DNA from: a bacterium
Lineage (GTDB): Bacteria; UBA8248
Reading direction: 5' to 3'
Assembly (NCBI GenBank): GCA_965200245.1
Contig: CBDATS010000005.1
Location: 768,001 to 832,000, forward strand
Length of the DNA: 64,000 nt
Shown here: positions 43,417 to 54,977 of the stretch, in pieces
Layout of the letters: each line of letters starts with the position of its first letter
Numbering within the stretch: the first letter of the stretch is position 1
Notes under the pieces: generated by a model
What the model was told of the DNA's origin: nothing
What the model saw: only the letters and a program-made list of their open reading frames with translations
Database searches by the model: none
Made by a program: the position numbers and the translations under genes

Positions 43417-44952
43417 TCACATTCGGGAACTCCACCTGGAGCGAAACGAGAAAATCGCCACCAGGGAAAACAAGACGCAGGCGTATGCAAACATATCCCC
43501 CATTCTGGCGTAAATGCCGGGAGCGGATTTTTTGAGCGCAACGGTGCCGGCGTGTATCCACTCCTCAAAAAGGGGGCTTCTCACCCGAATCGCTCCTGTG
43601 GGTTCGATGAACGCACTGATACCCGTGTTGGCCGAGCGGACGATCGGCACGCGCAACTCCACCGCCCGGAACACCACCATCGAGAGGTGCTGCTCGGAAG
43701 CCGCTGTCTCGCCGAACCAGGCGTCGTTCGTGATGTTGACGAGAAACTGCGCGTTCGCCATACGCCGCGCAACGCGCGGGAAAATCACCTCGAAACAAAT
43801 CAGGACTCCGAATTTCCCTTCTGCGATATCGAATATCTCGGACTTCTCTCCGGACCTGAAGGTGCCGATGACGGGCACGAGCTTCCTGACGAAAAACAGC
43901 CATTTGGCGAACGGTACATATTCGCCGAAGGGCACCAGGTGCATCTTGTCATATCGGCCACCCTCCTCCCCGTCCGGTCCGATGAGATATGCCGAGTTCG
44001 TGAGTTTCGGACCCTGTTTCACTTCACGCCTGCCGAGGGCGCCAAACAGCAGGTGCGCGTTCGCCTCCCGGCCGAATTCGCGAAGAAACTCTCTATCCCG
44101 CACGCTTCGCTCGTAGACGAGAGGAGCCGCGGCCTCCGGCCAGACGATGAGGGGAGGCGGAGCAGAACCGTCCCCGGGGAAGCGGCCTCTCAACTCCCTC
44201 GTGAGTCCCCCCATCTTCTCGAGAATGCCCCTCCGCCACCTGGGAGACCACTTGACGGACTGATCGACGTTGCCCTGCACGATACCCACCGCACGCGACT
44301 CGCCCGCCGTCTCGGCAGGCACCTCCTGGAGCCTCAGGTAACCGTAGCCCAGCACGAGTGCTGCCATGAGCGAAGCGCCGATGACGACGGCGAAGGGCGC
44401 CTTTCGCGGAAAGCGGAAGAAATGCCATATCGCCGCGTTCACGAACACAATGAAGAACGACACGCCATATACACCTGCAAGATCGGCGATCTGGATGACG
44501 TGCAGATGGCGGTATTGACTGTAGCCCAGCAGCGCCCACGGGAAGCCGGTCATGAAATAGGCGCGCAAAAGTTCCAAGGAAACCCATAGGGGTGCCGCCA
44601 TCAGCAGGGTGAGAAACGATCCACCCCGATGAACACGCGCCACGCAATACGCGAACAGCGCCGGGTAGAGCGCAAGGTATAGCGTCAGGACGGCAGTGAC
44701 CAGCCACGCGAGTGCAGACGGCAATCCGCCGTAGGTGGCCATGGAAATTTTCACCCACCAGATGATAATCCCGAAAGAAACCAGACCGCTCACCAGGCCC
44801 AGCGTAAAGGCCTGCTGCGGTTTTTTGCCCTCGATCGACCACAACAGCGGCACGAGCGCAATCCAAGCCAGAACCTCGAAGCGAAACGGCGGGAACAGCG
44901 ATGCCAACAGAAGACCTGTGAATATGGAGTAGCCGATATCCCTCGCCCTCAA
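43417..44952 (-). CDS. lnt: Apolipoprotein N-acyltransferase
   Basis: GFPW.LLGYSQ, VWPE, YDKMHLVPFGEYVP, ICFE, TNDAWFG, RSANTG. Confidence 0.95.
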   Translation of the reverse strand: MRARDIGYSIFTGLLLASLFPPFRFEVLAWIALVPLLWSIEGKKPQQAFTLGLVSGLVSFGIIIWWVKISMATYGGLPSALAWLVTAVLTLYLALYPALFAYCVARVHRGGSFLTLLMAAPLWVSLELLRAYFMTGFPWALLGYSQYRHLHVIQIADLAGVYGVSFFIVFVNAAIWHFFRFPRKAPFAVVIGASLMAALVLGYGYLRLQEVPAETAGESRAVGIVQGNVDQSVKWSPRWRRGILEKMGGLTRELRGRFPGDGSAPPPLIVWPEAAAPLVYERSVRDREFLREFGREANAHLLFGALGRREVKQGPKLTNSAYLIGPDGEEGGRYDKMHLVPFGEYVPFAKWLFFVRKLVPVIGTFRSGEKSEIFDIAEGKFGVLICFEVIFPRVARRMANAQFLVNITNDAWFGETAASEQHLSMVVFRAVELRVPIVRSANTGISAFIEPTGAIRVRSPLFEEWIHAGTVALKKSAPGIYARMGDMFAYACVLFSLVAIFSFRSRWSSRM

Positions 44953-46862
44953 GGTTCGCTCCTCAGGGAATCACCCTCCCCGGCCGGGTCTTTGGATGCG
45001 CCTTCACCGCCGAGTTTCTCCCGCAAGGCGGCGACAAGCCCGGGAGTGATCCCATCCACCTCCAGGAGTCTGGAGTCGCTCGCCTCCAGGACGCCCCGCA
45101 GGCTCCCGAAGGCGCGCAAGAGAGCGCGCCTTCGCTTGGGGCCAAGGCCGGGAACGTCATCAAGGCCGCTTCTAAGCGCCGTGCGACTGCGGCGCGTGCG
45201 ATGAAACGTCAGTACGAAGCGGTGCACCTCGTCGCGAATTTTCTGGAGCATGAGCTTGGGCATCCCCCCCTCGGAGAGCCGGACGGGATCGGGCTGGCCG
45301 GGCAGGAAAATCACGTCGTGCGCTTCGGGGTTGTCGGAACTTCTTCCCTTCGAGAGCGCGCACAGCGCCACATCCGCCACGCCGAGTTCCTCCAGTGCAG
45401 AAACCGTCGACGAGAGTTGCCCCTTGCCCCCGTCGATGAGCAGAAGGTCGGGCATTTCGCTCCCCTCGTTCACCAGCTGCTCCAGACGCCGGAACACTAT
45501 CTCACGCATGGCGGAATAATCGTCCGGCGATTTCGCCACGCTCCGTACCCTGTAGCGGCGGTAACCGTCCTTGAGCGGACGCCCGTCCTGAAACATGACG
45601 CTCGCGCCGACGATGTGGCTCCCCTGCAGGTTCGACACGTCGAACGCCTCGATACGCACGGGCAGTTCCTCAAGCCCCAGGGCACGGCGTATCTCCTCAA
45701 GCGTCTGCTGCTCCTTGCTGACAAGTGCGCTCTCCTGCTCCTGTGCGTGTGACGCGTTTTCGCTCGCCATCCCGACCAGTCTGCGCTTGTTTCCCCGGCG
45801 GGGATAAAAGACGGACACCTTCTTGCCCCGTTTTTCGGACAGCCACTCACCGATGAGCGAGGCGTCGCCCACTACAGCGGGCAGGAGGACCTCATCCGGG
45901 AAAAAGGTCTTGTCCGCGTAATACTGCTTCACGAACGCGGAGACTACCTCTGCGTCGGGAATGCCCTCACGGGCGGCCACGTGGAATTCCTGGTCTCCCA
46001 GCAGCCTGCCGCCCCGGATGAAAAACAGGCGAAACGTCGCCTTTTCCCCCTCGCGATGGCAACCGAGCACATCCTGCTCGCCGCCTTTCACAGAAAGCAT
46101 GGTCTGCCGCTCGGTGACGTGCTCGATACCGCGAATCTGATCCCGCACCCTGGCGGCGGCTTCGTACTGAAGTTCCTCGGAATATACCCGCATCTGCCTA
46201 TCGAGCCTGCGAACCAGTTCCCGATTTTTTCCCTTGAGAAAATCGAGCGCGTCGCTGACGCCGCCCCTGTACGCCTCCTTGCTTTGAAGATCGTCGCAGG
46301 GTCCCAGACACTGACCCATCTGGAAATAGATGCAGCGTTCTGCCGTCTTGTCCTCCAGTCCACCCGTACAGGGACGGATGTGAAACGTTTTCTGCAGGAA
46401 ACGAATCGTGCGCCTGAGACTGCTCGCCGAGGGGAAGGGCCCCAAGTAGGAATCACCGTCTCCCGCGGGGCGTCGCACGATGCTCAGGCGGGGGTAATCC
46501 TCGCTCGTGCTCAACTTCATGTAGGGGAAATGTTTGTCATCGCGCAGGAGCACGTTGTGGCGCGGCTTGTGCTTTTTGACGTAATTGCTCTCCAGAATAA
46601 GAGCCTCGACCTCGTTGGCCGTCACAATGTGCTCCAGCGTGGCGGATTCCTCCACCATCTTCTGTATCCATGGGCCTCGCCCCGCCCTTTTTGCAAAATA
46701 GCTCCGCACCCTGCTTCTCAAGCGCAAGGCCTTGCCGACATAGAGGACATCTCCCGCCTGGTTCCTGAAGATGTATATCCCCGGTTTTTCAGGCAAGGAC
46801 TTCAGGAACGAGCGGCCCTCGCCCACCGAAAAGAGGCTGGGGGTCAGGGCAGAATCACTCAT
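44949..46862 (-). CDS. uvrC: Excinuclease ABC subunit C
   Basis: GIY...YVGKA (GIY-YIG), [21 protein letters not shown], HhH. Confidence 0.96.
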   Translation of the reverse strand: MSDSALTPSLFSVGEGRSFLKSLPEKPGIYIFRNQAGDVLYVGKALRLRSRVRSYFAKRAGRGPWIQKMVEESATLEHIVTANEVEALILESNYVKKHKPRHNVLLRDDKHFPYMKLSTSEDYPRLSIVRRPAGDGDSYLGPFPSASSLRRTIRFLQKTFHIRPCTGGLEDKTAERCIYFQMGQCLGPCDDLQSKEAYRGGVSDALDFLKGKNRELVRRLDRQMRVYSEELQYEAAARVRDQIRGIEHVTERQTMLSVKGGEQDVLGCHREGEKATFRLFFIRGGRLLGDQEFHVAAREGIPDAEVVSAFVKQYYADKTFFPDEVLLPAVVGDASLIGEWLSEKRGKKVSVFYPRRGNKRRLVGMASENASHAQEQESALVSKEQQTLEEIRRALGLEELPVRIEAFDVSNLQGSHIVGASVMFQDGRPLKDGYRRYRVRSVAKSPDDYSAMREIVFRRLEQLVNEGSEMPDLLLIDGGKGQLSSTVSALEELGVADVALCALSKGRSSDNPEAHDVIFLPGQPDPVRLSEGGMPKLMLQKIRDEVHRFVLTFHRTRRSRTALRSGLDDVPGLGPKRRRALLRAFGSLRGVLEASDSRLLEVDGITPGLVAALREKLGGEGASKDPAGEGDSLRSEP

Positions 46863-48868
46863 GTCGCGATTTTCGAGGGTGTGAGGCCTAACTGACGGCG
46901 TTCGATGGCGAGAATCCTGTCGCGAATTTCAGCAGCCCTCTCGAATTCGAGTTTCTGGGCCGCCTCGTGCATCCGGGCGCGAAGTTCATCCAGTGCCGCC
47001 GCGTCGATTTCCGAGAATTCCGGCTCGTCCGTCTCTTCCCACCCGGGGATGTCCGCGAATTCCTTTTCGCCCGAGGCTTCGAGAAGCTCGTCCATCCTGC
47101 GGCTTATGGAACGGGGAACAACCCCGTTCTCCTCGTTATAAGCGACCTGGATACTTCTTCTCCTGTCCATCTCGTCGAGCACGCGGCGCATGCTGTCGGT
47201 GATGCGATCAGCGTACATGATGACCCGGCCGTTCACATGCCTCGCCGCGCGGCCCGAGGTCTGGATGAGTGAAGTTTCAGAGCGCAGGAAACCCTCCTTG
47301 TCCGCGTCGAATATGGCGACCAGGGAGACTTCCGGCAAATCCAGCCCCTCGCGCAGCAGGTTGATACCGATCAGAACGTCGAAAACGCCCGAACGCAAAT
47401 CGCGTATGATACGCACCCGTTCCAAGGCGTCGATGTCACTGTGCATGTACCGCACCCGGACACCCAGGTCCTCGTAGTATTCCGTCAGATCTTCGGAGAA
47501 ACGCTTCGTCAACGTGGTGACGAGGGCCCGGTCGCCTTTCGCTGCCACTTGGCGCACCTCTGCCAGAAGATCGTCCACCTGCCCCTGCACGGGCCGGACC
47601 TCCACCGGTGGATCGACCAGGCCGGTGGGCCGGAGCAACTGTTCCACGACAACGCCTTCACTCTTTTCCAGTTCGTAGGGTCCGGGAGTCGCAGAAACGT
47701 AGATCGTGTTCTTGAGGTTCGACTCGAACTCGCTCATTTCGAGCGGGCGGTTGTCCAGTGCCGAGGGCAGTCTGAAACCATACGACACCAGGGTTTCCTT
47801 GCGCGAGCGGTCGCCCCGGTACATACCCCGCAACTGGGGGATGCTCTGGTGGCTCTCGTCTATTACTACCAGATGATCACGCGAAAAATAGGAGAACAGG
47901 GTCGCGGGCGGTTCGCCCGTGAGGCGACCGTCAAGGTGCAGGCTGTAATTCTCCACCCCGTGGCAGTAGCCTACTTCCCGAAGCATCTCGATGTCCTGCA
48001 AGGTTCTCTGCTGCAAGCGCTGCGCTTCGTAGGATTTGTCCTGCGCGTTCAGCACCGCCACCTGTTCCCACAATTCCTCCTGTATGGATTCGATGGCGGT
48101 CGAGAGCCTCTCCTCGGGCGTGATGTAGTGGCTGTTGGGGTAAATCTCCACCCGATCGAGTTTTCTCAAAACGACTCCCCGCAACGGTTCGATTTCCGTG
48201 ATGGCATCTATTTCATCACCAAAGAATTCGACGCGAATCGCCTGCTCTTCCTCGTGGGCGGGCAGGATTTCGACAATGTCGCCGCGCGCGCGAAAAGAGG
48301 CGCGTCGCAAGGCCGCGTCCGAGCGTCGATACTGAATCCGCACGAGTTGCGTCAGCAGTTCATCGCGATCCATGTCCATACCGACGGAAATGTCGATATG
48401 CAGATCGAAGTAATCTGCCGGCGAACCCAGGCCGTAGATGGAACTTACGCTCGCCACCACGATGACGTCGTCGCGCATCAGCGCGGAGCGCGTGGCCGCG
48501 TGGCGCAGGCAGTCGAGTTCGTCGTTGATCGAGGCGTCCTTTTCAATGAACGTATCCGTGGTGGGAACGTAGGCCTCGGGCTGATAGTAGTCGTAGTAAC
48601 TGACGAAATACTCCACTGCGTTGTTCGGGAAAAACCCCTTGAATTCGTTGTAGAGCTGCGCGGCCAGGGTCTTGTTGTGGGCGATGACGAGCGTGGGCTT
48701 TCCCAACTTCGCGATGACGTTCGCCACCGTGAACGTCTTGCCCGATCCGGTGACACCCAAGAGAACCTGATGATTCTGTCCCTCTTCGAACTGGCGGACG
48801 ATGGCGTCTATCGCCTCGGGCTGATCGCCTGTGGGGGAAAATTTCGAGTCCAGTTCGTAAATACTCAT
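46859..48868 (-). CDS. uvrB: Excinuclease ABC subunit B
   Basis: [34 protein letters not shown]. Confidence 0.97.
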   Translation of the reverse strand: MSIYELDSKFSPTGDQPEAIDAIVRQFEEGQNHQVLLGVTGSGKTFTVANVIAKLGKPTLVIAHNKTLAAQLYNEFKGFFPNNAVEYFVSYYDYYQPEAYVPTTDTFIEKDASINDELDCLRHAATRSALMRDDVIVVASVSSIYGLGSPADYFDLHIDISVGMDMDRDELLTQLVRIQYRRSDAALRRASFRARGDIVEILPAHEEEQAIRVEFFGDEIDAITEIEPLRGVVLRKLDRVEIYPNSHYITPEERLSTAIESIQEELWEQVAVLNAQDKSYEAQRLQQRTLQDIEMLREVGYCHGVENYSLHLDGRLTGEPPATLFSYFSRDHLVVIDESHQSIPQLRGMYRGDRSRKETLVSYGFRLPSALDNRPLEMSEFESNLKNTIYVSATPGPYELEKSEGVVVEQLLRPTGLVDPPVEVRPVQGQVDDLLAEVRQVAAKGDRALVTTLTKRFSEDLTEYYEDLGVRVRYMHSDIDALERVRIIRDLRSGVFDVLIGINLLREGLDLPEVSLVAIFDADKEGFLRSETSLIQTSGRAARHVNGRVIMYADRITDSMRRVLDEMDRRRSIQVAYNEENGVVPRSISRRMDELLEASGEKEFADIPGWEETDEPEFSEIDAAALDELRARMHEAAQKLEFERAAEIRDRILAIERRQLGLTPSKIAT

Positions 48869-48956
48869 GAATGACCACCTGTCTCCGACCACGACGATTC
48901 AGAAAACGAGCATTTCGAATTCTAGCGGATAAGGAAAGACCGATAAACCTTGGGTG

Positions 48957-49484
48957 TCAGGAGGGCGGCCAAGGTTGGAAGTATTTTTCCCACACGTGAT
49001 GCAGGTTCCGGGAAAATCGATGGTTCAGGTGATGGAACAGGAATGATTTCGGCTGGACGGGCCGACGCCTGAGCTTCAGGCCCGCCTCATCGGGGGTGCG
49101 ATTCCCTTTTTTCGCGTTGCATTTTCGGCAACTGCAAACCACGTTCTCCCACGTGGAGCGGCCCTCGCGCGAGCGCGGCAGCACGTGATCCACCGTCAAA
49201 TAACCACCCCTTGTCCCGCAATACTGGCAGGTATTCTCGTCGCGGCGCATTACGTTCTTTTTGCTGAACGGAATCCGGCTCCGGCGCGGCACGTATACAT
49301 AGGTTCTCAGGCGTATGACGGCGGGAAGATGAAACTCCATTGCCTCGCTGCGGACGAGCAGGCCGTTTGTCTCGACGGTGTCCGCCTTGCCGGTGATCAT
49401 CATGCGAATGGCACGACGCGCGTTGCAGACATTGATCGGCTCATACGTCTGGTTGAGCACCAGAACACGCGATTGTTCGATCAC
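48957..49484 (-). CDS. HNH endonuclease
   Basis: VLVLNQTYEP, RD..TCQYCG, TVDHVLP.S, WENVV.SC.KCN.KK.NRTP. Confidence 0.9.
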   Translation of the reverse strand: MIEQSRVLVLNQTYEPINVCNARRAIRMMITGKADTVETNGLLVRSEAMEFHLPAVIRLRTYVYVPRRSRIPFSKKNVMRRDENTCQYCGTRGGYLTVDHVLPRSREGRSTWENVVCSCRKCNAKKGNRTPDEAGLKLRRRPVQPKSFLFHHLNHRFSRNLHHVWEKYFQPWPPS

Positions 49485-49876
49485 CCTATACGCTCCCCTC
49501 GAGACAAGTGGACGACGGGATACGAATGCTGCTCACGCATCCCTTTATGTCGGCCTCGTTCCCCCTTGTCAACGAGCGAATGTGTATTGGTAGTGTCTTT
49601 TTCATGACAATATAGATAAAGGGAAGGAAGAGTTTCTATCAGAACCGGTGTATGGGCTGAATTGAAGAAGGCGGCGCATTCCTGCTGAAATAGGGTTGTC
49701 AAAAGCCCGGTCATTCAAACATAGGAGATGCGCCACTACGCGAGAAGATACGACGATTTCCTATTATGGAATCCAGCCTCCCAGGTTTCCCAAAGAGAAC
49801 TAAGTTGTTTTGAGGTCGGATAACCAGGAACGACACCCATGCCCCCATTGCCTGTAGTGTTTGCCCTGATTGATGC

Positions 49877-50779
49877 CTACGGATTAGGAGTTCCTAGGTT
49901 TTCCGGGGATATTCCAACCTGAACGGGTGGAACAGGTTGGACAGTATGATGCTTGATAAACGCACGGCCAGTATGGTTTTCGACAATCTTTACGGCACTC
50001 GTACCAGCAAACGTATGGGTCGTTGCATGAAACACCGAAAGACTCAGATCCTGAAACTCTTCGTTTTTTTCCAACCTACAATCGGAAACTTCCCGGGCCC
50101 TCTCCTGCGGATCATCCATACCCTAGAACATATATGTCTCTAGCCATGTCCTCACCAACTCCTTCGACATAGCTAGCGCATTTTCACATTGCACCAAGAG
50201 ATCAGGACCATATTGGCTTAGTGTCGGCAACCAAGCTGACAATTTTTCCGGGACAACACATTCTTGCTGGGCGCGATCGAACTGATCCAATACCGCCTGA
50301 GCAGGAACCATGCGCACGCCCAATGGTGTCGGCAACAGGATTTGCGGGTCGGTAGGACCAAGAAACGAATGTTTACCAAGCACAACCTTGTCTGCAGCGC
50401 ACGCGATCATGGTGGCTGCCGACATCGCGAGTTGTGGAACGATCACCCGAATATGCTCAAAGCGGGAACGCAGATAAGAAACGATCGCTTCGGCTGTTTC
50501 AGGAGAACCACCGGGGCTATGCAAAATCAGATCCAGTTCGTTACCGTTCATGCCATAGATAACTTCCATGAACGCCTGTATGTCTTCATCACCAATAGAA
50601 ACTAACCCGGGCGGTGCTTCGCCTCTTTGCAGTCATCCCGATGCATACAGGATCACGTTACGCTTGGAATTCCGGTGAAGTTGCAAAAGGTATTTGCGAC
50701 GAACTTTATCGTAATCAGGCGGACGCCCCTGCTCCTGCGTGGAACGCAACTCGTCCAGAATTTCACTCCATATCGGCAA
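49877..50779 (-). pseudogene. SDH/ClpP-fold serine protease (DUF114) pseudogene
   Basis: TTG-PIWSEILDE...YASG*LQ, LHSPGGS, AMSAATM, LGPTDPQ, second stop YMF*G, apparent internal deletion, then VKIVENH. Confidence 0.8.
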
Positions 50780-50794
50780 TTTGAGGCTCCTGAC

Positions 50795-51007
50795 TTAACG
50801 AGCCGTCGTATAGTTCGTTGTCGTGATCTGTTGAGCCTCTTTCGTGGCCCAGCGATGGACATCAATCCCTTTTTTTCTGTCTATCCAGCCATGGTAGACC
50901 TCCATGACCTCACGAATACCCGGACGGGCCAACGCCATCTCCAGCATGTTTGCGTGTTCTTCCGCACGTTCAGAAGTTCCCTGTGTATTGGCTTCTCCTT
51001 GACTCAT
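50795..51007 (-). CDS. Small hypothetical protein upstream of the SDH protease gene
   Basis: AGGAG RBS before ATG 51007; 70-aa ORF ending 15 nt before the protease start. Confidence 0.5.
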   Translation of the reverse strand: MSQGEANTQGTSERAEEHANMLEMALARPGIREVMEVYHGWIDRKKGIDVHRWATKEAQQITTTNYTTAR

Positions 51008-51019
51008 GCCGAATTCTCC

Positions 51020-51160
51020 TAGGTTGTGGCCGCCCTTGCGGGCATTTACCTGGCCTTCCGTTTGAGTTTCCAATACTACACCTGTTGCAATCTGGGCGAC
51101 ACGAACGGCACACCCGGCAACATCCCCGGGTCTTTTCTCTCCCCATGGGCCAGCGGGCAT
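51020..51160 (-). pseudogene. Truncated small basic protein of the MPxGPxGxKRPxDV family (often annotated RNA-binding protein, associated with mobile elements)
   Basis: GGAGG RBS, then MPAGPWGEKRPGDVAGCAVRVAQIATG...RKGG; the typical basic C-terminal helix is missing. Confidence 0.55.
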
Positions 51161-51541
51161 ATTTTATCCTCCCGTTCGCTCAATCAAGGCCCAAAGGGCA
51201 ACCATAGATTCTTCATGCCTTTTCATAGCTTCTGCGTGAATTCTCATGGAACCTTCTGATCGTTTCTCTGTACTCCTGTTCAAAGAATAAATCCCGTATC
51301 ACATGGTAATGACTATCGCATACGTTTGGGCGAGAGTTAGAATTATTGCATTTTACGCAAAAAAAACATACAGGCCACTTGACAAGAAAACGGGCATTAA
51401 CCAACTTTGGGATTTTTCAAAGTTAGACGCTACACCGGATTTCCGACATTGCGAAAAGGACGGCTCAAACCTATAATTGTTGAACTTCGCAAAACGCGGA
51501 GTTGAACCTCGAAAATTCGTCTCCCCGGAGAGGGTTGTCCG

Positions 51542-53764
51542 TTGTTCCCCCGTTCCCGAAGCGGAAAAATCTTACTCCTCACGCTGATACCTCTGGCCAT
51601 TGCTTGTGGCTTGGGACTCGGCGCGAGTTTCGGTTATATGTACGACTTCCCCGAAATCGAACGTCTGCATAACTACAAGCCCAACACCATCACGCGCATT
51701 TACGCCCGGGGGGGCGAGTTGATTGCGGAATTGTACCAAGAGAGAAGAAAGCCCATCCCCCTGAAGCAAATCCCTGCCACGCTGCGCCAAGCATTCCTCG
51801 CCATAGAGGACAGCCGCTTCTACGACCATCCGGGAGTCAGTTACCCGGACATCTTCCGGGCGTTCGCCAAGAACCTGATCGCGGGCCACTTCGTTCAGGG
51901 GGGCAGCACCATCACGCAGCAGTTGGCGAAAGTTCTCTTTCTCACTCCAGAGCGCAAACTCAAGCGAAAAATCCGGGAAGCGCTTCTGGCCCTCGATATC
52001 GAGCGACGCTTCACGAAAGATGAGATACTCGAATTCTACCTGAACCAGATATATCTGGGCAGTGGGGCGTACGGCGTGCAGGCGGCGGCCCAAATCTATT
52101 TCGGGAAAACCGTCGATCAGCTCACCCTGGCCGAATCGGTCATGATTGCCGGGCTGCCGAAGGCGCCCACGAGGTTCAACCCCAAAATCAATCCCGATAA
52201 AGCGCTGGTGCGTCGCAACCTGGTGATCGAGAGAATGCGGGTGACGGGCTTCATCACAGAAGAGCAGGCGAAAAGCACGCAGGAAGAGCCGATCCGCGTC
52301 ATTCCGAAGACGATGAACATCGCGCCCGAAGCCGCCTATTTCATCGAGAAAACGCGTATCGGCCTCGGCCGCCGCTTCGGGCAATCCCTTTATACGAGCG
52401 GTCTCCAAATCCATACGACCGTCGACATCGGCCTGCAGAGAATCGCACATCGCGCGCTCGTTGACGGGATAGAGAGAATCAACATCAAACGCGGTTTCTT
52501 GAAGGCCGGGGCGAAACTCAAGAGACCGCCGCGCCTGGGAGACGGGTTCCAGTTTCACATTCTGGACATAACCGGGAGGACGGTGAGCGGCATTATCGAG
52601 AACTACGAGGCGGAGATGCCCCTTCCAATGCGCATCAACCCCAAACGACTCAGGGTGGGCGACCTTCTACTGGGGCGCGTGATCAAGGTAGACCGCGCCT
52701 CGAAAAAGATCGTTCTCGAATGGCAGGAAACCGTACAGGGTGCCGTTGTCGCGTTCGACCCCGGAACGGGAGCGCTCCGCGCCCTGACGGGCGGAACCAA
52801 TTTCCGCCGCTTTCCGTTCAACCGCGCTACGCAGGCGCGGCGCCAGCCGGGCTCAGCCTTCAAACCCATCATCATGGCAACGGCCCTCTCCCAAGGCTAC
52901 ACGCCCGCCCACATTCTAATGGACACCCCCTTCGTGCGCCGGATACCGGGCACGCTCAAGGACTGGAAACCCAGAAACTACACCAACAAGTTCTACGGCC
53001 CCGTCACCATGCGAAGGACCCTCGAGGCGTCGCTCAACCTGGCGACCATCAAGCTGCTCGACCAGATGGGGTCGCAAAAGGCCGTCACGTACGCGCACCG
53101 GCTCGGCATTCGCTCGAAAATGAACCCGTATCTTTCGCTCGCGCTCGGCTCCATCGAGGTAACGCCGTACCAGTTTACGGCTTCCTACATTCCCTACGTG
53201 GCGCAGGGCATTTACGCGCGACCTTTCGATATCACGAAAGTCACCGACGGCAGTAACCGGGTGCTGGAGGAGAACATCCCCACGAAGCACCGCGCCATTT
53301 CGCCGGAGACAGCATATCAGATGAAGATGCTGCTACGCGGCGTCGTCACGCACGGAACCGGGAAAAAGGCCAGGGACCTCGACGCGTTCCTGGCCGGAAA
53401 AACGGGCACGACGAACGAATTCCGCGATGCCTGGTTCGTCGGCTTCTCCGAAGACCTCGTGTTGGGCGTCTGGGTGGGCCGCGACGACAACAAGGACATG
53501 GGCTACCGGGCCTCGGGAGGAAGTGCTGCTCTTCCCATCTGGGTCGACGTGATGAAAGGTTTTCTCGAAGGCAAAGAAACGGAATTGCGCACTCCCACGC
53601 CACCGCCGGGCATCAAACTGGTAAAGGTGGACTCTCTCTCCGGCCTGTTACCCTCGCATTCGTGCGAGGGAGAACCGAGAGTGGAAGCCTTCGTGGAGGG
53701 AACGGAACCCTCCGAACCCTGCCCGCCCAAATCCCGCCTTCCGGCCATCATGAGCGGCGGCTAA
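51542..53764 (+). CDS. mrcA: Penicillin-binding protein 1A (bifunctional transglycosylase/transpeptidase)
   Basis: EDSRFYDH.G, GGSTITQQ, RK..E, QPGSAFK, SLN, KTGTTN. Confidence 0.94.
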   Translation: MFPRSRSGKILLLTLIPLAIACGLGLGASFGYMYDFPEIERLHNYKPNTITRIYARGGELIAELYQERRKPIPLKQIPATLRQAFLAIEDSRFYDHPGVSYPDIFRAFAKNLIAGHFVQGGSTITQQLAKVLFLTPERKLKRKIREALLALDIERRFTKDEILEFYLNQIYLGSGAYGVQAAAQIYFGKTVDQLTLAESVMIAGLPKAPTRFNPKINPDKALVRRNLVIERMRVTGFITEEQAKSTQEEPIRVIPKTMNIAPEAAYFIEKTRIGLGRRFGQSLYTSGLQIHTTVDIGLQRIAHRALVDGIERINIKRGFLKAGAKLKRPPRLGDGFQFHILDITGRTVSGIIENYEAEMPLPMRINPKRLRVGDLLLGRVIKVDRASKKIVLEWQETVQGAVVAFDPGTGALRALTGGTNFRRFPFNRATQARRQPGSAFKPIIMATALSQGYTPAHILMDTPFVRRIPGTLKDWKPRNYTNKFYGPVTMRRTLEASLNLATIKLLDQMGSQKAVTYAHRLGIRSKMNPYLSLALGSIEVTPYQFTASYIPYVAQGIYARPFDITKVTDGSNRVLEENIPTKHRAISPETAYQMKMLLRGVVTHGTGKKARDLDAFLAGKTGTTNEFRDAWFVGFSEDLVLGVWVGRDDNKDMGYRASGGSAALPIWVDVMKGFLEGKETELRTPTPPPGIKLVKVDSLSGLLPSHSCEGEPRVEAFVEGTEPSEPCPPKSRLPAIMSGG

Positions 53765-53869
53765 AGACGAGAAGCGCTCAATGTCTGTGCCCCATTCCCG
53801 ACATTTGCAGTTCCCGCAAATTTCCACACTGGAATATGACGACCTGTTTCGCCCGTAGATTCTCCTATC
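53761..53869 (+). repeat. ~110-bp diverged direct repeat, copy 1
   Basis: ctaaagacga...gcaaatttcca...ggaatatga.gacctgtttcgcccg.agattctcctatc, shared with 56906-57013. Confidence 0.9.
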
Positions 53870-54005
53870 CTGACCAATACTTTCCAGTTCTGGGAAATAC
53901 GAAAGGCCGACGCCAGCTGGCCGACATTAATCGGTCTCTTCGGTGTGATACTCCAAACTCCTCGAAGTGGCCGTGTAGCGCGTTGATGGCCAGAACGATT
54001 TCATG

Positions 54006-54977
54006 TCAGGACAATCCCTTATGGTTGCGCACGTTGAGGGCCTTCCATTCCAGAAGCGGTTGGACCTAGATGCGCTTTTGCAAGGATATATCGGAGGTCA
54101 GGATCGTCGCGTCGATTTCACCTTTGTCCAACAAGAGGTCGAGGAATGCTAGTTCGGCATCGGAAAACGGAAGCAAAGCAGACAGGCCACTCTTGGTCTC
54201 CTCTAGCAGTTGCATCCCGTATTCCGAGAGTGACACCTGCTCTCCTTGCTGACGAACCCGGAGTGTAGGAGCGAGCAGCCTCGCCAACTCCGATTCATCG
54301 TAGTCCACGTCTGTGATCGAGATGGTTCGCCAGTCCTTGCGGTTCATCGCCCCGTAGACAACGAAGGCGATGCGGAGCCGCTCGTGCTGAAGAGTGCCCG
54401 TATCGAGTATGTGATGACAATCGAACATATCCCTTGCTTGTCTGCGGGAAAATAACGCCGAGAGCTTTCCGGCCACGAGTTCATGAAGGTCGAGAAGGGG
54501 AACGTCTTTGGTCTGATAGTCCCCGAGCGGATGCGAATCGGCGTGATATATCTCCCAAAGTGGTTGTCTGAACATGAAATTCAAATCGACTTCGAGATTC
54601 CCGGTTTGCCCTGTGTAGCTTGGATAGCCCAGCCGCCATTTCCCTCCGGCGTGTTCAGTTGGCGTCCTCCGGACCGTGAACCCCTCACGGGAAAAAACCG
54701 CCTGGGCCGCCTGCTCGATTCTCGTTCGATCCTCCAGCATTTCCTCGCGCTCCAGCGCGCCGATATAGTTGAGGTCAATGTCCACGGACAACCGGGGATA
54801 GCGAAGGACGAACAGGTTCAAGGCCGTGCCGCCCTTCAGGACCCATCTTCCCTTGAGCGACGGGTGCGTGTTCAGGGCGTTCAGGAGATGCATCAGATGG
54901 AAAACCTTCTCGACCACCTCCGCATTGAATCCGTCGGTTCTGGCCACGGGCAGGATTTCCGAGGCGGAAAATCTCAC
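54006..54977 (-). pseudogene. AbiEii/AbiGii nucleotidyltransferase toxin (type IV TA) with premature TAG at 54066-54068
   Basis: LKGGTALNL..PRLSVDIDL, ELVAGK..AL..R..ARD.FD; frame continues past TAG as VQPLLEWKALNVRNHKGLS*; GTG start overlaps the antitoxin stop. Confidence 0.78.

Noticed and set aside
50633-50635. In-frame TGA in the SDH protease as a possible selenocysteine
   Set aside because: The context YASG*LQ fits a Trp position (TGG>TGA), and the gene also has a TAG and an apparent deletion.
54066-54068. TAG in AbiEii as pyrrolysine readthrough
   Set aside because: No pyl genes in the window; a CAG>TAG mutation in a decaying region is simpler.
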